Source: Planctomycetota bacterium
GTDB taxonomy: Bacteria; Planctomycetota; UBA8108; SXIK01
Length of the DNA stretch: 64,000 bases
Assembly (NCBI GenBank): GCA_965223845.1
Contig: CBDCXR010000004.1
Coordinates: forward strand, 6,880,001 to 6,944,000
Direction of reading: 5' to 3'
Shown here one piece after another: positions 37,397 to 47,363 of the stretch. Made by a program: the position numbers and the translations under genes. Position 1 is the stretch's first letter. Each line of letters begins with the position of its first letter. The notes under the pieces were generated by a model. It was given only the letters and a program-made list of their open reading frames with translations, was not told the DNA's origin and made no database searches.

Positions 37397-39616
37397 TTAC
37401 GGGGCGGGGCTACGAGCCGCACGACGCTTCGGGAGCGCAACGGTCTTCCCTGGGACGCCGCGAAACGTCTTTCCGGTGCACGCGTTTTTGTAGTACCCGA
37501 GCGCGAAGAGGGGAAACGTCACTCGGTAGTAGTGGTACCGAAGGTAGTAGACGTCCGGAAACCCGGTGCCGGTGAAGTGAGGCTCGTCCCAGGTTCCGTC
37601 CTCATTCTGCGAATCGAGGAGAAAGGCGATGCCGCGCTCGACCTCTGGCGATTCGATCTCGCCGGCCGCGATGAGGCCCATGACGGCCCACGCGGTCTGG
37701 GATGCGGTCGGTTCTCCCTTCCCCTTGAGCGCTGCATCCTTGTAGGAGTCGCAGGATTCACCCCAGCCGCCACTCGGCTGCTGCGTCGATTTCAGCCAGG
37801 ACACCGCGCGCCGGATCGGCGCGGATTTCGGATCGGTCCCGACCGCCATGAGACCCTTCAGCGTCTGCCACGTGCCGTAGACGTAATTGACTCCCCACCG
37901 CGCGTACCACGAGCCATCGTCTTCCTGCTCCTCGAGTAGAAAGGTCACGCCGCGCTCGATCGACGTCCGAACCTCGGGTTCGTCGTGGAGGTGTGGGAAG
38001 CGCCCGAGCATCTCGAGGACGCGACCGGTGATGTCGGCACAGGCCGGATCGAGCATCGCGTTGTGGTCGGCGTAGGGGACGTGATTGAACACTTGATGGT
38101 CGATGTCCGCATCGAACGCGGCCCAGCCGCCGTTCGTGCACTGCATGCGGACGACCCAGTGTACGGCGCGCGAGATCGTCTCGCCGAGCCCGTCGACGGC
38201 GCGAGGATCGCACCGATCGAGCGCGAGAACGACGGCGGCGGTGTCGTCGATATCGGGATAGAACTCGTTCCGAAACTGAAACGGCCAACCGCTTGTCTCC
38301 GCGTCGCGAACGCGGAGCTGCCAATCGCCGGGCTTGCGAACTTCCTTCGTGAGGAGCCAGCGCGTCGCTTCGGCAACTTCGGGCGCGGATGGCGAGCAGC
38401 CCGCTTCGACGAGCGCGTTCAAGATCAACGCCGTGTCCCAAACCGGCGAGAGACACGGCTGGAGACGCGTCGCGCCGTCTTCCTCGACTTCGAGCTCGCG
38501 CACCTTCTCGAGGTTCTTCACGATCGCGGGGTGGTCGACGTCGTGCCCGAGCGACTGGAGCGCTAGCACGCTGTTGACCATCGACGGGAAGATTCCCCCG
38601 AGGCCGTCGGAGTCCTCGGATCGCTTGACGACCCAGTCCTCGGCCTTCTTGAGTGCGATGCTGCGGAGCGGCTTGAGCGGAGTCTTCTCGATGAGTCGCA
38701 GGATGCGGTCGGTGAGCGTAAAGAAGTTGCGCCACGAGAGAAGATTGGGATCGAGCTGGAAGCGCCCGCGGATGCCGTTCCCGCGTTTCTTCCCGTTGCC
38801 GTTGCCGTTCCCGTTTCGTTTTCCGTTCGCTGGGCTCTTCGACGCGGGCTCGTTCTCGTCCCCGCCGCGGAAGATCTCCTCGAGCGTGATCTCTGGATGC
38901 ACCTTCCCTTGCGGCTTCTTCGCGTAGAGGATCGAGAGCGGAATGAGAATCGCGCGCGACCAATACGAAATCTCGTACACGTTGAAGTAGAAGAAGCGCG
39001 GGAGGAGGATGATCTCGGGGGGGATGGCGGGAATCTCGTCCCAATCGAATTGATTGAGGAACGAGAGGTAGATCTTTGTGTAGCTATTCGCCTGCTCGAC
39101 TCCGCCCATCCCGAGGATGGCCTCGCGCGCTCGCAGGAGGCGCTCGTCGTCCGGGGAGAACCCGGCGAGCTTGAGCGCGAAGTATGCCTTCACCGACGCG
39201 CTGATTTCGTCCGGTCCGCCGTGGTAGAGATTCCACCCGCCCGACGGGCTCTGTTCGCGCAGGATGTGCCGAGCGAGACTCTGAATCTTCTCGTGGTGAG
39301 CATCCGCGTCGAGGAAGGAGAGAAAGAGGATGTAGTCCGAACCGACGGTCGTGTCTCCCTCGAGCTCCCCGATCCAGTAGCCCCCCTCGTTCGGCCGAAC
39401 GCGAGTTCGCCCCTCCGCCACCTCGATCGCCGAGGGCCAACGGAGCTGCGACGGGTGGTAGGTGTCACCCGGGACGAACGCCGCGCGGAAAAACCGCAGA
39501 GTCCGATCGATCGCGCCGTCGACGCGCGCGAGATCGCGGCGCGCGACCGCCTGCGGACTCCGCTCGGACTCGGCGAGATCAGCGTTCGACAAGTTCTGCG
39601 ACAATGGAGGGCTCAA
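37397..39616 (-). CDS. shc: Squalene-hopene cyclase
   Basis: Catalytic YPDIDDTA (DxDD at 38243-38254); QW repeats (QSPSGGW, QCTNGGW, QEDDGSW, QQPSGGW, QNEDGTW); QPCLSPVWDT; RWGVNYVYGT; FTGTGFP. Confidence 0.96.
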   Translation of the reverse strand: MSPPLSQNLSNADLAESERSPQAVARRDLARVDGAIDRTLRFFRAAFVPGDTYHPSQLRWPSAIEVAEGRTRVRPNEGGYWIGELEGDTTVGSDYILFLSFLDADAHHEKIQSLARHILREQSPSGGWNLYHGGPDEISASVKAYFALKLAGFSPDDERLLRAREAILGMGGVEQANSYTKIYLSFLNQFDWDEIPAIPPEIILLPRFFYFNVYEISYWSRAILIPLSILYAKKPQGKVHPEITLEEIFRGGDENEPASKSPANGKRNGNGNGNGKKRGNGIRGRFQLDPNLLSWRNFFTLTDRILRLIEKTPLKPLRSIALKKAEDWVVKRSEDSDGLGGIFPSMVNSVLALQSLGHDVDHPAIVKNLEKVRELEVEEDGATRLQPCLSPVWDTALILNALVEAGCSPSAPEVAEATRWLLTKEVRKPGDWQLRVRDAETSGWPFQFRNEFYPDIDDTAAVVLALDRCDPRAVDGLGETISRAVHWVVRMQCTNGGWAAFDADIDHQVFNHVPYADHNAMLDPACADITGRVLEMLGRFPHLHDEPEVRTSIERGVTFLLEEQEDDGSWYARWGVNYVYGTWQTLKGLMAVGTDPKSAPIRRAVSWLKSTQQPSGGWGESCDSYKDAALKGKGEPTASQTAWAVMGLIAAGEIESPEVERGIAFLLDSQNEDGTWDEPHFTGTGFPDVYYLRYHYYRVTFPLFALGYYKNACTGKTFRGVPGKTVALPKRRAARSPAP

Positions 39617-40078
39617 CGAGAGTGTTTCGCTCGGTTCTCGCAGCGCGCGAGTTCACTGGAGCACTGCCGGTGCGTGGGTATGCGGATGCGGCGATCTTTG
39701 ATAGTCTCGGACTCGCGAGCCGTTCCGAACCAGCGGGCGGGCACCGCCCCCGACTTCGCCGCGTCCGTACGTGAGTGACGATCGGACTTCCGATGGTATC
39801 GGCTGGCGAAGCGTGAATCGCTCGCGCGGACCCGGGATCCCATCGCGTCAGGTCGCAACCGATCGTCCCAACCGACGTATCGCCGCGCCCGCGGCGTCGA
39901 TGCTGATCGAACCACCGCAGTGCCCGCCGCGAGATACGCTCGTTGCAGTTACGAACGTCACGAATACGAAGCTGTGCGAATCAGACCGGGTCGATTCGGG
40001 CGGTATCTTTACGGGCCGTGCTCTCTAACGAGACGTGCTTCGCGGTCGGCTCTACAAACGAACGCGACCCCTTCTGAG

Positions 40079-41587
40079 ATGTGGCCAGAGTGTACCAGAG
40101 GCCCCTGGGTTTTCCAGGTCAATTCGCACCGCCGAGCGGAGCCCGGAGCGCGCGTCGGAAACCGTGCCGCGACGGTTCCGATCCTCGTGATCGGGGTGGC
40201 CTCGCTGCTCGCGCCGGGCGCCTTCGCGGGCGATGAAAACGCGCTGGTTTATCGGAACTGGGGTGCGCTCGATGTGTACGTCGATCCCGCTCCCGGTCGC
40301 GTCGCAATTCTCCGCAGCGGAGAGCCGCTTCTCGCCGAGCGGGCCGGCCGGCGAGGGACATCGTTCGCCGCGCTCACCGCCTCCGGTTGGCTCGCGTTTT
40401 CTCGCGTCGACTCCGTTCGAGATCGAGCCGGCGCGGACGGAAGGCGCGGACTTACGGTCGCGTTCGTCCGGCGGCGCGGGATCGGTGCGGAGCTCCAGCT
40501 CGATTGGGATCCGCGCCAGCCGGCGGTCGTTCGCTGGCGTTGGCGTGCTCACGGCGGAGTGGTGCGGGGGCTTCGGAACGATTTCGTTACGCTCTCGGGT
40601 GAGCAGTTTCAGGGCGACATCTCATCGCGGGTGATCGCCGGTCCCGAGATCGCGGCGCCGCGCGATGCGCTCGAGACCGCGACGATCCTTTCGTCCCGCG
40701 GTCTCGCGGCTCGAGTGAGCGCACGCGACGGCGCGAACGTGCGCGCGTTCCGGCCGGATCCGGACGCGTTCCGCATCCAATCTTCGGGACCGCGTCTCGA
40801 CCTCGTGATCGCCGGGGGGGAGCCGCGGTCCACGCTCGCGGCCGTTCGGTCGGATCGCGTCGCGGCTTCGCCGGCGGTCGAGGGAAGCGTCGTCCTCGGC
40901 GACGTCGCTTCGGATCTCGCGGCGCGGTTGGAGGAGCGCGGCTGGTCGTTCGAAGCGAATCCCGCCCGGCTCCGCGCGCACCTTGCCGCACCGCCGCCGG
41001 AGGATTGGTCCGGTCTCGGCCGGGCGGTCGCGAGGGCGAGGCGAGGCTCGTTCCGCGGCGATCCCGCGTGGCTCTGGGTCGACGCGCGAGCCAACGCTGC
41101 CCTTCGCGCGCGCGCGCTTCACCTCGCGGCGCTCCAGCCCGTGTTCGCGCTCGACGCTCGGGTGGTCGAGAACGCACTCGCTCAGAACGCGCGCGCCGGC
41201 GAGCTCGCCCGCAACCTCGAAGCCGCTGTCGAGACATCGCGCGCCGTGCGCTCACTCGTTCGCGCCCTCGCGGCTGACCCGACGGAGCGACAGCTCCCCG
41301 TGTGGCGCCCCGTCGCCGTCGAGTTTCCCGAGGACGCGCGCTCCTGGGAAGCGGACGCGTGGCTCCTCGGCCCCGACGTCTTCGTCGTTGCCGCGCTCGA
41401 GCGCGGCAACGATCAGCGCATCGTGCACTTTCCGCCGGTCGACTGGATCTCCGTCACGGACGGAGCGCTCCGCCGAGGCGGCGGCAGTCAACTGGTGAAC
41501 CTCGGGCCGACCGGCGTCGCGCTGTTCGAACGCTCGCGTGCGCGGTTCGGACTCCGCGACCGGTTGGCGCGACCCGCGGCGGAGTAG
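40079..41587 (+). CDS. Divergent, probably catalytically incomplete GH31-like protein
   Basis: GH31-type C-terminal segment LPVWRPVAVEFPED..WLLGPDVFVV..VHFP..W; no recognisable WxDMNE or WxGD catalytic motifs; start uncertain. Confidence 0.5.
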   Translation: MWPECTRGPWVFQVNSHRRAEPGARVGNRAATVPILVIGVASLLAPGAFAGDENALVYRNWGALDVYVDPAPGRVAILRSGEPLLAERAGRRGTSFAALTASGWLAFSRVDSVRDRAGADGRRGLTVAFVRRRGIGAELQLDWDPRQPAVVRWRWRAHGGVVRGLRNDFVTLSGEQFQGDISSRVIAGPEIAAPRDALETATILSSRGLAARVSARDGANVRAFRPDPDAFRIQSSGPRLDLVIAGGEPRSTLAAVRSDRVAASPAVEGSVVLGDVASDLAARLEERGWSFEANPARLRAHLAAPPPEDWSGLGRAVARARRGSFRGDPAWLWVDARANAALRARALHLAALQPVFALDARVVENALAQNARAGELARNLEAAVETSRAVRSLVRALAADPTERQLPVWRPVAVEFPEDARSWEADAWLLGPDVFVVAALERGNDQRIVHFPPVDWISVTDGALRRGGGSQLVNLGPTGVALFERSRARFGLRDRLARPAAE

Positions 41588-41603
41588 ACGTCGACGCGAG
41601 CTC

Positions 41604-43637
41604 TTAGCGCACCGGCGCGTCGTCTTCTGCGTCACAGAGAACGGGACCTGCCGCCGTTCGAAGCGGTTTTCCCGCGTAGCTGACGCGACCACCTTGGACC
41701 GTGAGCGGCGCCTTCTCGAACTCACTTTTCGAGAGCTTCTTCTTCGGCGCGCTCTCGATGCCCTCGACCCCGACCTCGACGCCGATCTCCGCGTCTCCCG
41801 GGTCGACCGGCACGACGGCGCCGTCCTTGCGATCGCTCGCGAGGATCATGCCGCGACTCTCGATGCCGCGAAGCTTCGCCGGCTTCAGGTTGGCGAGGAC
41901 GACCACCATTCGGTCCTGCAGATCCGATGCGGGGAGATACTCACGGAGACCGGCACAGATCGAGCGCGGCTCGTCCTCGCCGAGATCGACCGTCATCGCG
42001 TAGAGGCTATCGGCATCCGGGTGCTCGTTCACCTCGACGATGCGGCCGACTCGGAGCGCGAGCTTCGCGAACGGATCGACGGGGGCGGGGGGACCCTTCT
42101 TCGGCTTGTGTGATTCGTCCATGCGTTTTTCTTTCGTCTTCGGTTCCTTCGCCGTCTCGCGTCGCGGGAAGAGCGGGGGTTTCTCTTCAACGCGGTAGGT
42201 CGACGGTTCGCGTCTCCGTTCACTGAGCGTGCCGAGCGTGAACCCGAGGGAAGAGCCGATGGCTGCGGCGGTCTTCGGCATCGCCGGAGAAAGGAGATGG
42301 GACACCGTTCGCAGCGCTTCGAAGCACTCGGCGAGAACGGCGGTGAACTCGCCGGGATCCTTGAGCTTCCACGGTTCGGTCTCGTTGAGGTACGCGTTGC
42401 TTCGCTTGATGTACGACCAGAGACGCTCCATCGCGCGGTGATGCTCACGGCCGTCGACGAGCGCGAAGAACTCTTCGATGAGCTCCTCGTCTCCGAGCAC
42501 TTCCGGTCGACCAGGAGTCGCGATCTCGCCGCCGAGTCGCGTCGCGATGAGCTTCACCACGCGGAGAACGAGATTCCCGAGCTCGTTGGCGAGCTCGGCG
42601 TGGTAGCGGTCTTCGAGCTCCGCGCGCGAGAACTTGCCGTCGTGGCCGCTCGCGAAGCTCCGGAGAAAGTAGAAACGGAGCACTTCGACCCCGTACTCGC
42701 CGACGATCTCAAGCGGATCGACGACGTTCCCGAGGTGCTTCGCCATCTTTCGGCCGTCTTCGTCGAGGATGAAGCCGTGCACGTAGACTTGTGCGGGAAG
42801 CTCTTCGCCGGCCGAGAGCAACATTGCCGGCCAGATCACGCTGTGGAACCAGTTGATGTCCTTCCCGATGACGTGGCAGCTCGCCGGCCAGAACGTCGCC
42901 GAGAGGTCTTCGGGCGCGTGGAGGGCGGAGAGATAATTCTCGAGCGCGTCGAACCAGACGTAGAGCACGTGTCCCGGATCGTCGGGAACGGGGATGCCCC
43001 AGTCGAACGTCGAGCGGGATATCGACAGGTCGCGTACGTCTTCACGAAGACGTGCGACGATTTCGTTGCGGCGCTCCCGCGGGTAGACGAACGCCGGATT
43101 CGCCTCGATGTGCCGGAGGATCGCCTCGCGGTACTTGCTGAGACGGAAGAAATAAGACTCTTCCTTGACCGGCGTCGTCGGCCGCTCGTGGATCGGGCAG
43201 CGGCCGTCGACGAGCTCCGACGCGGTGTAGAACTTCTCGCAGGATATGCAGTAATCGCCCTCGTAGAATCCCTTGTACACGTCGCCGGCGTCGCGGATTC
43301 GCTCGTAAAACCGCTGGCAGAATTCGCGGTGTCGGGGTTCCGAGGTGCGGACGAAATCGTCGTACGAGATGTCGAGGAGCGCGTAGAGTTCGCGAAACGC
43401 GGTGGCTTTCTCGTCGACGAACTCCTGCGGTGACAGACCGCCCTGCTCGGCGGCTTCCTGAATCTTCTGGCCGTGCTCATCGAGTCCGATGAGAAAGCGC
43501 GTCGGCACGCCGCGAAGGCGACTCGCACGCGCGTAAAAATCGGCGACCACCTTCTCGTACGCGTGCCCCATATGGGGGACACTGTTCGGATAATCGATCG
43601 CTGTCGTGATGTAGAAGGGCGCCGGATTCTCGTTCAT
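41604..43637 (-). CDS. metG: Methionine--tRNA ligase with C-terminal tRNA-binding (Trbp111/EMAPII-like) domain
   Basis: FYITTAIDYPN..PHMGH, GLDEHGQK, CISC..CPIH knuckle, YVWFDAL, IGKDI, KMAKH; C-terminal LRVGRI..HPDADSLY..NLKPAKLRGIESRGM. Confidence 0.96.
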   Translation of the reverse strand: MNENPAPFYITTAIDYPNSVPHMGHAYEKVVADFYARASRLRGVPTRFLIGLDEHGQKIQEAAEQGGLSPQEFVDEKATAFRELYALLDISYDDFVRTSEPRHREFCQRFYERIRDAGDVYKGFYEGDYCISCEKFYTASELVDGRCPIHERPTTPVKEESYFFRLSKYREAILRHIEANPAFVYPRERRNEIVARLREDVRDLSISRSTFDWGIPVPDDPGHVLYVWFDALENYLSALHAPEDLSATFWPASCHVIGKDINWFHSVIWPAMLLSAGEELPAQVYVHGFILDEDGRKMAKHLGNVVDPLEIVGEYGVEVLRFYFLRSFASGHDGKFSRAELEDRYHAELANELGNLVLRVVKLIATRLGGEIATPGRPEVLGDEELIEEFFALVDGREHHRAMERLWSYIKRSNAYLNETEPWKLKDPGEFTAVLAECFEALRTVSHLLSPAMPKTAAAIGSSLGFTLGTLSERRREPSTYRVEEKPPLFPRRETAKEPKTKEKRMDESHKPKKGPPAPVDPFAKLALRVGRIVEVNEHPDADSLYAMTVDLGEDEPRSICAGLREYLPASDLQDRMVVVLANLKPAKLRGIESRGMILASDRKDGAVVPVDPGDAEIGVEVGVEGIESAPKKKLSKSEFEKAPLTVQGGRVSYAGKPLRTAAGPVLCDAEDDAPVR

Positions 43638-43647
43638 GGCGGACAGT

Positions 43648-46600
43648 ATGACAGGTTCGACTTCGGGTTGGAAGCGGAGCGCGATCGCGGGTGCAGTGCT
43701 CGTCGTGCTCGCGCTTGTCGCGTGGCGAGCGATCGAACGCGGTGAAGATGTCGATCGAAACTCCGCGCAAACTCCAGACGATGCCGCTGCGATCGATGCG
43801 GGCGAACGTTCGACGGGGAGCGGTACGTCGTCCGACGGGGAGACGCCCGGAGAAGCATCCGCGAGCGGGCCGGCGAACGATCGAGTCGACGGGATCTCTC
43901 GGCTCGTCAGCGGCCGCGTCCTCGGGGAGGGCGCGCCGATTGCGGCCGCCGAGGTGTTGCTGATCGACTTCGAGTTCTCCGCGGAGCTCCTTCGTTTGTT
44001 CGACTCGATCGAGGAGGATCCGCGGCACGGCTCCATTCCAAACATCGAAGCGCTCATTCCTCGCCTTCGATCGATCGTCGCTCGCGCGCGTGAGACCGCA
44101 CCTCGCGCGAAGGCCGACGCCGACGGACGATTCGCGTTCTCCGCCGTCGAGCCGGGCGCGTACCGACTTCTCGCGCACCGCGCCGGCTGGCAGTTTCGCC
44201 TCGGTGACGGACTGCTCGTTCGGCGCGGAACCCCGGTCGAGCGCGATGTCGAGCTCGTTCGTGGGGCCACGATAGCGGGACGCGTCATCGCGGCCGGAAA
44301 CACACCGGTCGCGGGTCGCGTCGTTCGAGCCGAGATTTCCGCGGGTTCCTCGATGTACGGCTTCCTCGTCGAACAGTTCCGCTCGCTGTTCGACGGCGCG
44401 GCCTTTCGGGGTGATCTCGAGGCGACGACCGACGCCGAGGGTCGATTCGTCTTCGATACGCTCGCTCCGGGGCGCTACGACTTGCTGACCCGCGACCGCG
44501 GCGGAGTCATCGTGCGCGCGGGCGGCGTCGCGACGGGATCGAACGACGTTCTCCTCGCGGCCCGCGCTCCGGGCTCGGTCGAAGGTACGCTGCTCGATGA
44601 ACTCGATGCGCCGCTCGTCGGGATCGTCGTCGAACTCGCGCCGAGTCAAGGCACCGAAGGCCTCGGACCGTTCGGCGCCGACTTCGGCACACTGTTCGAG
44701 CGGGCCCGGGTCGCTCTCGAAGGAAGCTCCGTCCGCGTGAAGACGAATCGCGGCGGCGAGTTTCGCCTGGGTCCGCTTGCGCCGGGTTCGTATCGAATGA
44801 ACATCGAGTCGCCCGAGATCCGCACCGTGGACCGCCGCGTCGACGTCCCGAGTGGAGAGCCGGTGCGACTCGGAGTCCTTCGCGCCTCGCGGGGCGGTAC
44901 GATCCGCGGACGCGTTTCGTCCCCCGAAGGTGCGCCGATCGCCGGGGCCGCGGTGGTGAGTGTTCCGGAGAATTCCGCGTCCGAGTGGGCGGTGTTCTCC
45001 GAAGGCGAAGTCCGTCGAGCGACGACCGACGCGAACGGCGAGTTCATCCTCGCGGGGCTCGCCGGCGGTACTCAGCGGTTGCTCGTTCGCGCGCGAGGTC
45101 GGTATCCCTTTCGAATCGATGCCGACCCGGGCGCGACGCTGGACGACATCCGACTCGAGCCCGGGATCACGGTCTCGGGGCGCGTTCGTTCGGCCGCCAC
45201 GGACGGGCCGATCGCCGGGGCGCGCGTGCGCGGCGGAAACTCGAGCGTCGAGACCGACGGGGAGGGGCGGTTTCGTCTCGACGGCTTCGTCTCATGGTTC
45301 GCCTCCGACGTGGAGCTCGCCTCGAGTCCGGTCGAGGTGGTCGCTGCGGGAGCGAACGGAATCGATGACTCGGACCGCTGGTTCGTCAAGGTGTCGGCGA
45401 GAGGGTTCGAATCGACGATGGTGCACTTCGAAGCCCGCGCGTCGGGCGAGCTGGACATCGTTCTCTCCCCGTCGAGGTTCGTTCGCGGGCGGCTGCTCGC
45501 GCCGAGCGGTGAGCCGGTCTCGGGCGTTCCCGTACGGCTGGCTCGATCGCTCGATGAAGCAGAGGCGCTGTTCGACCTCGCGCTTCTCACCGAGCGCGTG
45601 ACTTTGAGCGGCGATGAAGGTCGTTTCCGAATCTCGACGGAAGGACTCGTCTCCTCGGCCTACCGCGTCCTCGCGGACCACCGAGAGTTCGCCCGCGCGG
45701 AGGAGCGGATCTACGTGCCGCTCGAGAACGACGAGGCAGAGCTCGAGCTCCGCTTTCGTCCCGGATCCATCGTCCGGGGTGTCGTTCGAGTCGGAGCGCA
45801 TCCCTACGCGGGCGCGAAAGTTGTTCTCGCGCGTATCAACAAGGAGGCGCGCGACGATCCGGCGGAGATCGTGACGCGGATGATGGGGTTCGCTCGCCAG
45901 GGACGCGTCGTGGTTTCGGGCGCCGAAGGGAAGTTCGAGATCCCGCGCGTCGGAGAGGGCGACTACGTGATCCGTGCGGATGCGTTCGACATCGGCGAGT
46001 CGCGCGAGCTGGAGGTGCGGGTGCATCCCGGTGAGGACAGCGAGGTCGAGCTCGTACTCACCCCCGGCGGCGAAATCGGCGGCGAAGTGGTCGATGACTC
46101 GGGCGCTCCGATCGAGGGGGCGACGATAAAGCTCTTTCGCGAGGAGAGCGTCGACCCGGAGGACGAACTCGACGTGTCGCGCGAGGAAGCGCTCGCTCAG
46201 CGCCTCACGTTCGGAGTTCCGGCGAAGACCACGACGACCGACCGAGCGGGAGTGTTTCTCTTCGAAGGTGTCCCCGCGGGGAGCTTCTCGCTCGTGGCCG
46301 GAAAGCCGAGCTACTCACGCGCGGTCGTCAACGGAACCGAGGCCGGCGATGAAGACGTCGAAATCATGCTCGCCGCGCTCGGTGGGATCGCGGGGCAAGT
46401 GCTCGCGCGGGATTCGGGTGACGCTTTGGGCGAGTTTCGCGTGCTCTACACCCGAACCGATCCGTCCCCTGAAGATCTCGCCGATTTGGTGGCGACGGAC
46501 AACTCGCTCGTCGGTGCGGTCGACGGCGGTTCCCTCGATGGGAGATTCGTCGTGCGCGGACTCTCGGCCGGCGACTACGAGATCGAAGTCCACGCACCTG

Positions 46601-47277
46601 GGTTCGTCTCGCAACAAAGGACGGTCTTCGTCGAGCCCGGACGCATCCACGAGGCTGATTTCGAGCTCGATCGCGCGGCGCGCGTCACCGGAACCGTGCT
46701 CGACAAGGTGACCGGTGCTCCCGTCTCGGGCGCGAGCGTCCATTACGCCGAGCAGGGAGACGGGCCGGTCTGGTCGTTTCCGCGGGCGGACGCCACCACG
46801 ACCGGCCCGGACGGTCGCTTCTCGCTGTGGGCGGACCCGAAATCGTTGCGGATCTTCGTCCACAGCTCGGCGTTTCTTCCGCTCGAAGTGACGGTCGAGC
46901 TGAGCGTGGCGACACCGCTCGAGCTTCGTCTCGAGCTCGATCCAGGGATCTCCGCCGCGGGGCTCGTGCGCGATGCGAACGGTCGTCCGTATGCGCACCG
47001 CCACCTCCTGATCATCGGTGAAGAGACGAAACGGAGTTCCTCGACGCTGAAGGCCGTGATCACCGACGAGAACGGAAAGTTCAGTGTCGGTGGACTCGTC
47101 CCGGGTTCCTACGTCCTCCGCGACCCACGCATGGGCGTCGAGCCGGGTGAAGTCCCCGAGTTCGAGCCGCCAACGGACCAGGAAGGGCTCGAATCGTTTT
47201 GGGCGCGGCGCGACATTCGGCTCGAGCTTCGCGAAAGTCGGAGTGACTGGGACTTGACGTTTCCTAGCGGGAGTTGA
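43648..47277 (+). CDS. Membrane-anchored protein of tandem carboxypeptidase-regulatory-like repeats
   Basis: N-terminal TM SAIAGAVLVVLALVAW; about ten GRV..G.PI.GA..TD..G.F repeats; ATG at 43648 (alternative 43636 overlaps the metG start). Confidence 0.8.
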   Translation: MTGSTSGWKRSAIAGAVLVVLALVAWRAIERGEDVDRNSAQTPDDAAAIDAGERSTGSGTSSDGETPGEASASGPANDRVDGISRLVSGRVLGEGAPIAAAEVLLIDFEFSAELLRLFDSIEEDPRHGSIPNIEALIPRLRSIVARARETAPRAKADADGRFAFSAVEPGAYRLLAHRAGWQFRLGDGLLVRRGTPVERDVELVRGATIAGRVIAAGNTPVAGRVVRAEISAGSSMYGFLVEQFRSLFDGAAFRGDLEATTDAEGRFVFDTLAPGRYDLLTRDRGGVIVRAGGVATGSNDVLLAARAPGSVEGTLLDELDAPLVGIVVELAPSQGTEGLGPFGADFGTLFERARVALEGSSVRVKTNRGGEFRLGPLAPGSYRMNIESPEIRTVDRRVDVPSGEPVRLGVLRASRGGTIRGRVSSPEGAPIAGAAVVSVPENSASEWAVFSEGEVRRATTDANGEFILAGLAGGTQRLLVRARGRYPFRIDADPGATLDDIRLEPGITVSGRVRSAATDGPIAGARVRGGNSSVETDGEGRFRLDGFVSWFASDVELASSPVEVVAAGANGIDDSDRWFVKVSARGFESTMVHFEARASGELDIVLSPSRFVRGRLLAPSGEPVSGVPVRLARSLDEAEALFDLALLTERVTLSGDEGRFRISTEGLVSSAYRVLADHREFARAEERIYVPLENDEAELELRFRPGSIVRGVVRVGAHPYAGAKVVLARINKEARDDPAEIVTRMMGFARQGRVVVSGAEGKFEIPRVGEGDYVIRADAFDIGESRELEVRVHPGEDSEVELVLTPGGEIGGEVVDDSGAPIEGATIKLFREESVDPEDELDVSREEALAQRLTFGVPAKTTTTDRAGVFLFEGVPAGSFSLVAGKPSYSRAVVNGTEAGDEDVEIMLAALGGIAGQVLARDSGDALGEFRVLYTRTDPSPEDLADLVATDNSLVGAVDGGSLDGRFVVRGLSAGDYEIEVHAPGFVSQQRTVFVEPGRIHEADFELDRAARVTGTVLDKVTGAPVSGASVHYAEQGDGPVWSFPRADATTTGPDGRFSLWADPKSLRIFVHSSAFLPLEVTVELSVATPLELRLELDPGISAAGLVRDANGRPYAHRHLLIIGEETKRSSSTLKAVITDENGKFSVGGLVPGSYVLRDPRMGVEPGEVPEFEPPTDQEGLESFWARRDIRLELRESRSDWDLTFPSGS

Positions 47278-47363
47278 GGGAACGTCGGGAGGTCGTACGA
47301 CGTCGCGTCTGCGGCGTCTTCCACTGTCGTCGGAGAGTTGTCATGAGCTCAGCCGAAGACTCT

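Noticed and set aside
37397-39616. Oxidosqualene cyclase (sterol synthesis), suggested by the Bst-like neighbours
   Set aside because: The catalytic motif is DIDDTA (DxDD, squalene-hopene type), not DCTAE, and no squalene epoxidase is in the window.
43638-44303. N-terminal extension of MetRS in the 899-aa ORF call
   Set aside because: MetRS homology starts at MNENPAPFYITT; the extension is the antisense of the divergent gene. The long upstream starts called for GT2, ribBA, YdbL and the sugar-binding protein were trimmed for similar reasons.
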